Shown: positions 39,529 to 52,025 of the stretch, piece by piece | Position numbering within the stretch: the stretch's first letter is position 1 | Layout: each line of letters starts with the position of its first letter | NCBI GenBank assembly: GCA_951406725.2 | Contig: OX597835.1 | Location: 3,162,001-3,226,000 of the forward strand | Direction: 5' to 3' | Source: Octopus vulgaris | Lineage: Eukaryota | DNA: 64,000 nucleotides | Translations under genes and position numbers: made by a program | Notes under the pieces: model-generated | What the model was told of the DNA's origin: nothing | The model's database searches: none | Seen by the model: only the letters and a program-made list of their open reading frames with translations

Positions 39529-39781
39529 TACGCGCGTTTCATGACAACATATTCTTCGATATTGCTAAATGAGAATGTCTCGAAATACAATACCATATTA
39601 AACCTCTTATATTGCCATATAATATTGTAATACTATTTTTCGAGACATTCTATTTCAGCAATATCGAGGAATGTGTTGTCATGAAACGCGCGTAGTCTTG
39701 ATAATGTAACTTACATGATTTGGAATAAGAATTGAAGGTATTAATTTTAATAATTTTAATATTTAGTCCTATGTGTACCTA
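39391..39781. repeat. Nested inverted repeat (two arm pairs of about 60 bp) with (TA)n inside the left arm
   Basis: 39391-39451 pairs with 39722-39781; 39525-39585 pairs with 39638-39698. Confidence 0.88.
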
Positions 39782-39899
39782 CACATATACACATGCGCAC
39801 GTCAAGGTCACCAGCCCTCTTCCACACACACATACATACTCTCTTATACACACGCATGCGCACCTTCGTTTTGGGATCACCACTACTTTATTATCTCCC

Positions 39900-40140
39900 C
39901 TCCTCCCTAGCTCTCCTGTGTGATCCTTCTGCCCAGCATTCGCCATGATAGATCGCTAGCCACTACACATTCTTTATTTTCTCTCTTTGTTTCTTTCTGT
40001 GTTCCTTTCTATGGAAGAGCGTAGGCTCGAAACATTAAAGACTTTTTCACTTATCGAGCGTTAAACTAAAACATCTGCTTGTTGTCTACGCCACCTGTAT
40101 TCGTCTTTTGTTGTTGTTTTTTTTTGTGAATTCTCCCTAT
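39900..40140 (+). mobile_element. Short (TA)n-associated Penelope-like element with a hammerhead-like motif
   Basis: CTTT-CTATGGA-AGAGC-GTAG-GCTC-GAAA-CATT-AAAG at 40005-40040; the 3' part recurs at about 21492-21585 (+) and 51110-51210 (-). Confidence 0.6.
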
Positions 40141-40499
40141 ATATATATATATATATATATAATATTTATCTCTAATTTTATGCAGTGCTTTTTTGTTGAT
40201 CATGCATTTCGACGTTTGTGGCATATATGCGTAGCCGAAGCTTGACATGTTCTTTTCTCTGGGCATGTATAAATATTTCATTTGTTTCGTTCAGCATTTT
40301 TAGCTGGTTAGTTATTAATTAAACTAGACCAGAAATTGATCAATCCTAAACTATCTGATTTATTTATGAATTTCTTTATGCCCGCTTCCTCGCTTTCAGC
40401 ACGTGTGAATTGACTGACTTAGCATCTATCTTCAGCATATAGCCATAGAAATCTCTGTACCCTTAATTATAATTGTATTTTATATTATACTATTATATA

Positions 40500-41200
40500 T
40501 TGGGTTGTCCGGAAAGTTCGTGCCGATCTTTAAAGGAAAGAAAAAGGTCAATAAATACTTGCCATTACATTTTTAATCAACCGAATTTGAACCATTTTGT
40601 TGCACAATGCGTCTCCATCGTTCCTTTAACTTGAAAATACTCTCTTTCCAAAATTGAGGTGATTTCATGGCAAATAATTCATCAAGGTATCTTTTTACAT
40701 CATCCAAGGAATTGAAATTTTTACCATTAAGACTATTCTGCAGAGACCTGAATAAGTGGAAATCCGAAGGAGCAATATCTGGTGAATATGGAGGGTAGTG
40801 TAACACATCCCAGCCGAACTGCAGCAATTTTTGTCTGGTTCCCAAAGAAACGTACGGTCTTGCATTATCATGTTGGAAAACAACACTTTTCCTATTGGCC
40901 AATTCTGGACGTTTCTCTTGAATTGCTACTTTGAACTCATCCAGTTGTGTGCAGTATTTCTCAGAATTAATTGTCTGGTTACTTGAAAGAAGTTCATAGT
41001 ACAGAATTCCTTTCCAATCCCAACAGACACAAAGCAAGACTTTTTTAGGGTGAAGACCCACTTTTGAGTGGTTAAGGGTGGCTCATGTCGCTTACTCCAG
41101 GATCGCTTTCCCTGAACTTTTCGGTAGATAATCCATTTCTCATCACCTGCCACAATTTGCTTTAAAAAAGGCATTTTCATTCCGTTTATAAAGTGAATCA
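40500..41200 (-). mobile_element. 5'-truncated mariner transposon with DD34D transposase pseudogene
   Basis: One TIR matching 18731, preceded by TA; GDEKW, then HDNARP with 34 residues to the D of PSDFHLF; frameshifts present. Confidence 0.95.
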
Positions 41201-41362
41201 CCTCCGTATCTCCTTCCTTGGATCTTTCCTTTTCCTATGTTTCTGACGAAGAGCTCCGCTAGAAACGTTAAATCCTTCTTTCTTTCCTTTCCTGAGCGCC
41301 CAATAACACTCTACTTGTTCTACGTCCTCGCGTTGTTGTGTTTTCATGTTTGGATTAACTTT
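41201..41362 (+). mobile_element. Short Penelope-like element with a hammerhead motif, abutting the truncated mariner
   Basis: GTTT-CTGACGA-AGAGC-TCC-GCTA-GAAA-CGTT-AAAT at 41239-41273; ends in (TA)n. Confidence 0.65.
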
Positions 41363-41603
41363 ATATATATATATATATATATATGACAAAAAATAATATA
41401 TACGTAGAAAATCATATCATTGTAGCTCACACCTTAAGAATCCAACCAAAGGATTGCTGGATTTACCTGTCATGTATGAGTATTTACCTGGGATCTATAT
41501 TCTACAAACATTCACTAGTAACTGATTGTTGGAAATTTGACCTTATTCCTTTATAGTGAGTGCTTAATTGATATCTGTCAGGATTTTTTAATCCCATTTT
41601 TCT

Positions 41604-41759
<156 letters not shown>

Positions 41760-42472
41760 CAACTAAGCTTTGTGATGGAGAGTCACATAACAGTCGCATG
41801 ATACGCAAGAAATAGCCGCCAAATCTCTTTCAAATTACATCCAACTGTCTTTAAAAATGAGGAACACATTGAATAGTGTAATCCTTGGTAGGCTGTGTAA
41901 AATGAAAAAAGAAAAACAGCGAAAAACAGAGCAAATGTGTGCTGAAGAAATTCATCGTGGAATTTCTCCTTCAGGGATGCTCGGAGGCTAAAAAAAAAAA
42001 TAACTGAGTTTTGCATATTTGATGTACTGCCAACGATTTATAAAATATGATAATTTTAAATCTTATCTGTCTATGATTTGCATATTCATTAGTTATTCGA
42101 CATCAGACAAATAATAATTCAATTTAAAAGCTGGGATCGTTAATTTCTTTGCAATGTAAAAATTAACATATTAGATCCAGTAAGATAAGGCGTATGAGAT
42201 CTTCTTCTCGCGCGCAGGTTATTCATCCTCTCCACTATAAGTACAAGGACTGAAATTTTGAGGTAAGGGTAAGTCGATTACATCGACCCCAGTACATGAC
42301 TGGTACTTAATTTATCGACCCTCGAGCGGGTGAATGAGACCGATAGATTAAGTACTAGGCTTACAAAGAATAAGTCCTGGGGTCGATTTGTTCGACTAAA
42401 GGCGGTGCTCCAGTATGGCCGCGGTGAAATGACTGAAACAAGTAAAAGAGTAAAGTGTAAGAGTAGAGTATG

Positions 42473-42600
<128 letters not shown>

Positions 42601-43373
42601 TAGAGACAGGTATTCTCTGTAAACGTACGGACAAGCAACTTAGGCAAATCGATATAAACAAAAATCTGAAATACATTTAATACAAAACATATACATATAT
42701 TTACATATAAAAAAATGTCCGACTTACACAGAATAGAAATGATACAAGAAATTAAAGGTGCTGAATAAGAGCATTTTTTCTTCTTTTTCTTTTGTATATC
42801 GACTTGCTTAATGTGCTTGTCCTTACATTTATATGTATTCTCGTGTGTGTACATATATATGTATGCATGCAAATAGTACCTGCAATGACAGAAACTCATA
42901 GAAAGAATATAAACGTAAATGTACATCTCCCGTGTCGCTGTATCCATTTCTACTTTCACTTTCCCACTGTTTTATTCAGCTATTCACAGTGCGTTCGTAT
43001 ATTCCTCAATAAAAGCGATGTGTATTCATTACGTGAATATTGATCCATCATTTGCTTTCCATTTCAATTGTATGTTTGATTTATAGATTTAGCTAAAGAT
43101 TTCTCAATGCCGTCATATGTTTTAAAGAATAATTACAATCGCTCCAGCTGCCGCTAACGTTTATGTATGGATGCGTGGTAGGAAGTTTGCTTCCCAACCA
43201 CATGGTTCGGGGTTCAGTCGCCATGCATGGTACCTTGGGCGGGCGAGCCATTTTTTATTTTTATTTTTATTTTTTTTTTTACTATATTCGGGCTCTCGCT
43301 AAAACATCATTGTGAGTAGATTTGGTCGACGGAAAACGAAAAAAAATCATGTGTCGTATCTGCGTGCGCGTAT

Positions 43374-43438
<65 letters not shown>

Positions 43439-43621
43439 CGTGCGTGTGTGTGCGCGTGTGTGTGTATGTGTGTGTGCGTGTGTGTTAACGTTTCCAACTG
43501 AAGCATTTTACAAGCGCTGGACGCAATTTGTAGAAATAATCATCTCGTACTACATTGAAATCTATTCACTTATTTATGTACAATTTGGTTTTCATATGTT
43601 CACGTTACGCACACACACACA

Positions 43622-43653
<32 letters not shown>

Positions 43654-43809
43654 TACACACACATATTATACGTACAAAAGTACATATGTGTATGCACGTG
43701 TGTTTGTGTATGTTTGTGCGTGTAGCAGATGAAACGGAATTCAAGGTGGACGGTGGTAGTTTGCGTCAGCATGACTTGTTTTGTTTACGAAAAGCGACAG
43801 AATAAGAAA

Positions 43810-44205
43810 TTGCAGTGATCAGTGAAATATCCAACGTTTCGGGCCGAGACCTTTCTTCAAGTTAAAATGACAAAAGGAAAAAAATGACAAAACTGCAGAG
43901 TTTTATACCTTTAGCGTTTGAGCGATTGGCTGCAGATGGTGGAGAACAGATCAGACAGTGAGCTTGCATTCGTAGGAGCGAGATACAGAGTGAGGAAGGA
44001 ATAAATAAAGAGAAATAAAAAGAAAAAAGACAGGTATAGTGAGTTGAAGAGAAACCTAAGGTGAGAGAGACCGTGTGAAGTAAAAATGCCAGTCGTGAAA
44101 TAGGAACGACTGAAGGAAAAAGTAGGGAAAACGGTCCTTTCAAGTAGTCGGTGCTATAATTCCCGGTTACAATATGAGACGTCGTTCCTTCCGTTTCCAT
44201 CAACC
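43810..44205 (-). mobile_element. Penelope-like element 3' remnant (GIY-YIG C-terminus, terminal repeat, hammerhead motif)
   Basis: RKERRLIL*PGIIAP..LKGPFS resembles the PLE E..LIF.LGT..P.GLN end; then CCAAT and TATAAAA; then TTGAAGA-AAGGTCTCGGCCC-GAAA-CGTT. Confidence 0.7.
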
Positions 44206-44253
44206 TTTTACTGCGTTAGTCAATATTTATTCTACGTCATATAACCTTATACT

Positions 44254-44623
44254 TGGAAGCACTCCGTAGGTTACGACGACGAGGGTTCCGGTTGATCCGA
44301 TCAACGGAACAGCCTGCTCGTGAAATTGACGTGTAAGTGGCTGAGTACTCCACTGACACGTGTACCCTTAACGTAGTTCTCGGGGATATTCAGCGTGACA
44401 CAGAGAGTGACAAGGCCGGCCCTTTGAAATACAGGTGCAACAGAAACAGGAAGTAAGAGTGGGAGAAAGTTGTGGTGAAAGAGTACAGCAGGGATCATCA
44501 CCACCCCATGCTGGAGCCTCGTGGAGCTTTAGGTGTTTTCGCTCAATAAACACTCACAACGCCCGGTCTGGGAATCGAAACCGCGAGTCCGCTGCCCTAA
44601 CCACTGGGCCATTGCGCCTCCAC
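44254..44623 (-). mobile_element. SINE family C
   Basis: TSD TAACCTTATAC at 44242-44252 and 44624-44634. Confidence 0.92.
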
Positions 44624-45453
44624 TAACCTTATACAGTTAAAATATATATAGCAAGTGGTGTCAAATTAATTTGTCTTCAGAAAATGTTTTAAATTAAACA
44701 ATGTTCGCAACAGCAAAATATTCTTTTGTAGACACTTTGTTCTGCGTTCGTTTAAAAATTGTTGACTAATAAATTATTTTTGTATGAAAAATTGAATTAT
44801 GCTTTTTGAATTTTCTTGGAGTTTGACTTTCTTCATTGTTACATTCAATACTAAATTTTATAACGCTTAGTACATGTTCCAAATAAATGTTGACTTTCTG
44901 TACTTTATTACATTGGTGACGCATAGTAATTTTAGCTAAATTTGTGACTTTCCTTCGCTGGAATATTTCTTTTGAAAATATTCCCCGAAAGAAACTTTTC
45001 ATAGCATAACTATGCTACAGAATATATGCTGTTTTGCATCTATATTGACTACATTTCGTTTCGCTTGAACTTCGAGTGAGTACGTTTTGCTGTTTTCAAT
45101 GTTATCAGTTCTATGAGAGTACGTGTGTCTGCGAGCGTGTTTCCACGTTCGCTACGTCAGTAGTAAACTATTCTTAAAGGACATTTTACGCCGTTTTAAT
45201 GAGCCCACATCTAATGAAGTAGCCAGCCTTATGGTAGGTGAATCCCATGAAAATCATTTTATTCTCATTCGTACTCGATATAACAACCGTAAACGTGTTT
45301 CAGAAACTCATCCCTCTTTCAGATGCTCCCCAGTATCTTCGGACTTTGCGCAATGGACACGATGGGTATCATTTTAATATTCCACAGATTGAACCTGCAA
45401 CACAAGAGCCAATTACAAACAAAAAGGTGACATCAAATAACTTCTATTCTTAC

Positions 45454-45868
45454 TTCTTTATTGTCCACCAGGGGGGGCTAAACACAGAGAGGACAAACAA
45501 GGACAGACAAAGGGATAAAGTCGATTATATCGACCCCAGTGCGTAACTGGTACTTAATTTACCGACCCCGAAAGGGTGAAAGGCAAAGTCGACCTCAGCG
45601 TAATTTGAACTCCGAACGTAACGGCAGACGAAACACCTATTTCTTTACTACCCACAAGGGGCTAAACACAGAGAGGACAAACAAGGACAGACATAGGTAT
45701 TATGTCGATTACATCGACCCCAGTGCGTAACTGGTACTTAATTTACTGACCCCGAAAAGATGAAAGGCAAAGTCGACCTCAGCGTAATTTGAACTCCGAA
45801 CGTAACGGTAGACGAAATACCGCTAAGCATTTCGCCCGGCGTGCTAACGTTTCTGCCAGCTCGCCGCC
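45454..45868 (-). mobile_element. SINE family A dimer with a 19-bp TSD
   Basis: AAATAACTTCTATTCTTAC at 45435-45453 and 45869-45887. Confidence 0.95.
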
Positions 45869-46587
45869 AAATAACTTCTATTCTTACCAACTGATGTTAA
45901 GACCAGAACAATCAAATCAATTGCGCATGTATCGTGATCTATTTCAGCAATACCTGGTTGATATATATGCTAAAGCTGGGAGTTGGTGTCTCCTCTACAT
46001 TCGTAACAATAAAAAAAAAAGTTAAGGGCTAACAATTATGCTCATCTCCAAGATGGTGATATTCAAAACATGGGGCAACTTATAATCCTCCCCTTATCAT
46101 TCACAGGTGGTCCTTGATATATACATGAATGACCGCAAAATGCTATGACATATGTCAGGACATATAGAAAACCAAATCTTTTTGTCACTTTCACCTGCAA
46201 TCCTAAATGGGAGGAAATAAAATCTAACCTTCCAGTGTTGTATCTTCTGGTATTGCAGCTACCCTCCCCAATGGAAGACTAACTGCTCATTCTAGGTTCA
46301 AGCTCCCTCTAAACCTTGCAATGAAAGAATCTCAAACATGCAACATTTCCCCAAACCCTGAAATGGCAACAGTTTTCCAGCAAACTTGCTTCATTGTCTG
46401 GGATGAGTGCACTATCACAATAGCACTCTCATGGGAGGAGTAACAGTTTTTCTTGCAGGAGATTTTCGTCAAACGTTGCCAGTTATCCTCAAAAGATCAA
46501 AAGCTGATGAGGTCCATGTATGCTTCAAAAAATCGTACCTTTGGAGACAGGTGAAGAAACTTCATCATACAAGCAACAGGAATATTT

Positions 46588-46762
46588 CTTATTTCTTTAT
46601 TGCCCACAAGGAGCTAAACATAGAGGGGACAAACAAGGAAAGAAAAAAGGGAATAAGTCGATTAGATCGACCCCAGTGCGTAACTGGTACTTAATTTATC
46701 GACACCGAAAGGATGAAAGGCAAAGTCGACCTCGGCGGAATTTGAACTCAGAACGTAGCGGT
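46588..46762 (-). mobile_element. SINE family A, 5'-truncated
   Basis: Body plus the tail CCTTGTGGGCAATAAAGAAAT on the minus strand. Confidence 0.88.
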
Positions 46763-46813
46763 TCAGTTTGAAATTCTACTATCATTACAATTTGGATATT
46801 TTAAAATAAAATA

Positions 46814-48107
46814 CGAGGGGTGTATAAAAAGTTTTGAGCCTAACCTAGAAACGGAGCTGCTAGGTAACTAAAACAATTTTTCCTGGTAAGTACAGTCTTT
46901 TCGGAGTTTTCTTGCTCATTTTCATGATTCTGATATTTTAATTTTTTTTGTTGCAGATTTTTGAATAAACAAGTGTCGAGGTTACAAGGAAAATGGAGAA
47001 AACTGAGTATCGTGTTGTCATAAAGTACCTTCATTTGAAAGGCATGACTCCATCAGAAATCCATGAAGATATGGTGGTAACCTTAACAGACAATGCTCCT
47101 TCATATGCAACAGTCAAATGCTGGGTAAATGAATTCCAGCGTGGTAGGGAGAGTGTGGAAGATGATCCCACGCCAGGGAGGCCTCCAACTGCAACCACCG
47201 AGGACAACATTGACCTTGCTCTTGGTATGATAATGCAAGATCGTCGAATATCATGTCGTCAGATAGCTGAGAGACTGGGCATCTCAACTGAAAGAGCAGA
47301 CAACATTGTGACAAAAGAACTTGGGTTCTCAAAGGTTTCTGCAAGGTGGGTCCCTCGCCTTTTGACTCCTGAACAGAAACGCACCGGATACACTTTGTCC
47401 ACGAGCAATCTGGAACTGTTTAAAGCCGATGAAGAGAATTTTCTTGCTCGTTTCATTACTATGAACGAAATGCTACCAGCCTGAGACCAAAGAACAATCA
47501 AAGAAAGCAGTGGAAGCACGTATCTTCTCCTACCCCAAAGAAGGCCAGGGTCATTCTTTCCGCTGGCAAGGTCAATGCGTCACTTTTTGGGGATTCGCAA
47601 AGTGTCTTGCTGATCGATTACCTTGAAAAGGGTCACACCGTGACAGGGCTGTATTATTCTCAGCTACTGAAACGCCTCCGAGAAGCAATCAAAGAATAAA
47701 GGCCGTGAATGCTCACCTGAGGAGTCCTTTTTCATCACGACAATGCTCCAGCCCACACCTCATGGTTGCCATGGCAACAATTCGTGATTCTGGATACGAA
47801 CTTGTTCTCCATCCGCCTTATTCGCCAGACTTAGTTCCCTCTGACTTTCATCTATTCCCAAAAATGAAAAAAAGCACTGGATGGTCGCCATTTGGCCAGT
47901 GACAATGATGTCATAGATGCTGTAGGGAGTTTCTTGGACTCCCAAACAAAAGAGTTCCTCTACGCCGGGATCATGGCCCTTTGGCACCGCTGGAGAAAGT
48001 GTTCAGTCGTCGAGGGGGGACTATGTTGAAAAATAAATCTATGTTTTTTTTTGTTTTTTGCTTTTTTAATTTTTTTTTTAATCTCAAGACTTTTCATACA
48101 CCCCTCA
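46814..48107 (+). mobile_element. Full-length mariner transposon (1294 bp), a second family
   Basis: TA-flanked TIRs CGAGGGGTGTATAAAAAGTTTTGAG and CTCAAGACTTTTCATACACCCCTCA. Confidence 0.95.
46993..48036 (+). pseudogene. Mariner transposase pseudogene
   Basis: MEKTEYRVVIKYL HTH start, SARWVPRLL, FHHDNAPAH, HPPYSPDLVPSDFHLF, GDYVEK*; several frameshifts and stops. Confidence 0.93.
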
Positions 48108-48326
48108 TATAGATATTCTGAAATAATTATGAGAATATATCTTTTCCACTTATTTCTTTTTTATTTTTCTAAAATTTTCATTGGGTCTTGCAACTTTTTC
48201 AATAGTTTTGACTCTTAAATTTATTGTTTGCTAATCTGAATGAGAACAGCAGTAACCCGGGCAACGCCGGATCATTCATCTAGTATACATACATACATAC
48301 ATACATACATACATACATACATACAT

Positions 48327-48361
<35 letters not shown>

Positions 48362-48362
48362 T

Positions 48363-48405
<43 letters not shown>

Positions 48406-48478
48406 TTAGAGACAAAACCACTATTTATGCAAAACAAACAAGGAAAGACTTAATCAATACATAAATATTTAAATATAC

Positions 48479-48543
<65 letters not shown>

Positions 48544-49148
48544 GCAGGAACATTTATATATGTGTGCGTATATGTATGTGCGGTACGTGTGTATGTATAT
48601 GTCTGTGTATGTGTGAAAAAGAGGGAGAGAGAAGGGGCGAGAATATTTTAGGCTGTGACTACATTTATTTACTGGTCTGTAACAATGGCACAGTCATATC
48701 GATTTTAGCACCAACAGTCTGATATTTAATGCATTTTCCTGTTGTGGATTAGAGGATATGTAGGTAGGTAGGTAGGTAGGTAGGTAGGTAGGTAGGTAGG
48801 TAGGTAGGTTGTTACTAAGTTGGTAAGTAGGGTGGTTGGGTGGTCGTTAATTAAGTTGGTAGACGCGTAAGTAGGTATGTGGGTAGGTTGTAGGTGGGTG
48901 GATAGGTAGGAAAGACAGAAATACAAATATATTTACATCTGTATGTATACATGAGTATGTGTGTGTATATGATATATATGCGAATATATATATATATATA
49001 TATATATACGTACACACGGGTGCATACGAATGCATGCGTATGTATGATTAGCATGAGTGTGTGTGTGTGCGTATTTAAAACCTTCAAAATGTAACACATG
49101 CACAAACACACACACATACATGCACGCATATATATATATGCATGTATG

Positions 49149-49183
<35 letters not shown>

Positions 49184-49370
49184 TATACATATATATATTA
49201 TATATATATGTATATATGTATATATATATATATACATATACATACATATATATATATACATATACATACATATATATATATACATATATATATATGTATA
49301 TGTGTATGTATTATATGTATATGTATACATGTATACATATAAAACACACACACACACACACACACAAACA

Positions 49371-49418
<48 letters not shown>

Positions 49419-49859
49419 CAAACGCGGGCGTGGCTGTGAGGTAAGAAGCTTGCTTCCCAATCACATGGTTCCGGGTTCGGTCCCACTGCGTGGCACCTTG
49501 GGCAAGTGTCTTCTACTATAGCCTCAGGTTGAGCAAAGCCTTGTGTGTGGATTTGGTGGACGGAAACTGAAAGAAGCCTGTCGTATATATATGCGTGTGG
49601 GGGGGTGTAATGATAATCATACAGATATTGGTAGACATATTCCTGTCAAACATAGGCACAAGACCTAACGTCAGAAATCGTTTACCTAATCGGTGGGTAC
49701 ATGATTATAGGTGCGCTCGCATACACATACACACACACTCATGCACGCATACACGTACACATAATGACAAATATACACGAACGAACGCTTACATACTTCC
49801 ATTGTGACACGAACACATATATCCATACACAATCATACATATACATACATATAGGTAGT

Positions 49860-50287
49860 GGGTAGCGATTTTCTTCACTACTTCAGGGAGTGACGACCCT
49901 GCCTGACACGAGTCCTGGGCTCAGCTGGCTCCGGCTGACAGTACCCGGTATGGGCCCCTATCCAGGGTTACGGAAAGGAGACAACCTTCAAAGAAATTAG
50001 GAGTGCAGCCCCGTAGGCGGTTTAGTGTTCGACTCGACACTCTTCCGGCAGCTCCTGCAACCAAGCTGGTGCCAAACGTAATGCTCTGCACTCCTTTGGA
50101 CTACGTCAGCAAGGTCGAGAGAGGAATCCTGACGATTGAGCAACCCAGGATTTTCTTATATCTAGCCCAGGCCTGCGAAAAACTGGAGAGGAAACTGGGA
50201 GTGGACATGGAATGTAAAAACCAGACTGGATTAGTCTATGCGCAACTCCATTGTCTCCCGAGGCAAAAGGATGCCAACAACAACAAC
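49860..50287 (+). mobile_element. Probable non-autonomous LINE derivative with a (CAA)n tail
   Basis: GC-richer non-coding island ending GGATGC(CAA)n; resembles an RTE-type 5' UTR joined to a 3' end (recall only). Confidence 0.4.
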
Positions 50288-50357
50288 ATACACATATGTT
50301 ATTATACTGACATGGCCACAAACAGAAACACACAAATATACACGTGCTGAAAGATAT

Positions 50358-50396
<39 letters not shown>

Positions 50397-50574
50397 GCAT
50401 ACATACGTACACGCGCAAACACATTCACACACAGACACTCGCATCTGTGAGCGTGTATGTATGTAATTATGTTTGTATGTTTGTCTTTATGTATGTATTC
50501 ACATACAAAGTGCGCGCGCACATGCACGCGCCCATACACACACACACACACATTTACATATGCATGTGTATGTT

Positions 50575-50779
50575 TGTGTGATTGTCACCCGCGATTGTTA
50601 CACCATCTGAGAATGCATTAAAGCTCTTCTCGGGCCTTCGTATCAAACTGTTACCTCTTGGCTTCAGCGACAATTTTGTTACAATTTGTCGTTGACGTTA
50701 TTTATGACATAGGAAATTTACTAAGTATCAAAAACATTTTAGTATTTGAATCCCGGGCAACGCCGGGTACTTCTGCTTG
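50575..50779 (+). mobile_element. Decayed short Helitron
   Basis: 3' hairpin CCCGGGCAACGCCGGG followed by CTGCTTG|T. Confidence 0.6.
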
Positions 50780-50854
50780 TATCTGTTAAAATGGGATGTC
50801 ACTGTTATTTTCATCATTGTGCAATTTAGATGATAATTTATTCACCGCACCCTG

Positions 50855-50902
<48 letters not shown>

Positions 50903-51017
50903 TAATTGAATAAGGGTAGAAATTGATATTAATCAAGTAGCCTAGCATATTAAAAAAATCCGAAGACTAAAATATTTTTACATACAAAATTTAAAGGACT
51001 GACCACTAAAAGTGGAC

Positions 51018-51061
51018 AGTCAATATGCTAGATATAGACGTCTATATCTAGCATATTGACT
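51018..51061. repeat. Perfect 44-bp palindrome
   Basis: AGTCAATATGCTAGATATAGAC|GTCTATATCTAGCATATTGACT. Confidence 0.95.
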
Positions 51062-51317
51062 ATATATATGTGTATGTATATATATATATATATTTTTTTT
51101 TTATATGTATAGGGAGAATTCACAAAAAAAAAAACAAAAGACGAAGACAGGTGGTGTAGACAACAAACAGATAGTATAACGCTCAGGAATTGAAAAGGTG
51201 TTTAACGTATGGTCTTCCATACCTAACTCGGTAAATTGTTAAAAGATTACGCTGTCATAGTTATCTCCCCTACACTTGTCAAGAATTGGTTCTGAGACTC
51301 TGATAGTTTCACTTTCA

Positions 51318-51370
<53 letters not shown>

Positions 51371-52025
51371 TCTGAGTGTGTGCGTAGGTGTGTGATAATA
51401 AGTTTGCCTCCCTACCACATGGTTCTGGGTTCAGTTCCACTTCGTAGCACCTTCGTTAAATGTCGTCTACTATAGCCATAGTCCGACCAAAGTTTTGTGA
51501 GTGGATTTAATAGACGGAAACTGAAAGAAGCCCGTCGTATATATATATATATATATATATACGTGTGTGTGTGGTGTATGTGTGTGTGGGCGCACGCGCG
51601 TATACAACTAAAAGTTCCTCAAAATTGCAGCCGCTTCATGTATAAAATTCCACCAGATTCTGTCGGACGACTGCGATGATGCCTGACGTCATTCACGTGA
51701 CCATTGAATCTTTGGTTAAATCGTTCTACTATACAATCAACATAAATCAAGGTGTTTGGTGCATTCTGCTGCGTGCACTAAATGGGAATCTTTACACGTC
51801 CCACCTTCCCTATAAATCATAACATTTCTGTTTTCCTTTCTTTTCTTTTCTTTCTTTCTTCCTTTTATCACAAACAAAATTGAAAACTGATGAAGTTCTT
51901 CTATCAAAATAGTAACGCAGGATTTGCTCGTTTATACTGGAAACTGCATCCTGCTCTTTCTTATTGTCTATTTACCTTCGTGAAGAGTTACGTCAATCTT
52001 TATAAACTGCTATTATTATTATTAT

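Larger units (their letters stand above)
45039..48283 (+). mobile_element. Decayed autonomous Helitron (Rep plus Pif1-like helicase remnants) hosting SINEs and a mariner
   Basis: RRFNEPTSNEVA, LFQQYLVDIYAK, IILPLSFTGGP, LFVTFTCNPKW (Rep); SSGIAATL, TAHSRFKLP, IVWDEC, GDFRQTLPV (helicase); 3' hairpin CCCGGGCAACGCCGG and CTAG|T at 48280; the 5' A|TC at 45039 is tentative. Confidence 0.85.

Noticed and set aside
46993-47484. 163-aa ORF as a functional SETMAR-like or domesticated gene
   Set aside because: It lies between TIRs, has no SET domain, and the catalytic region is frameshifted.
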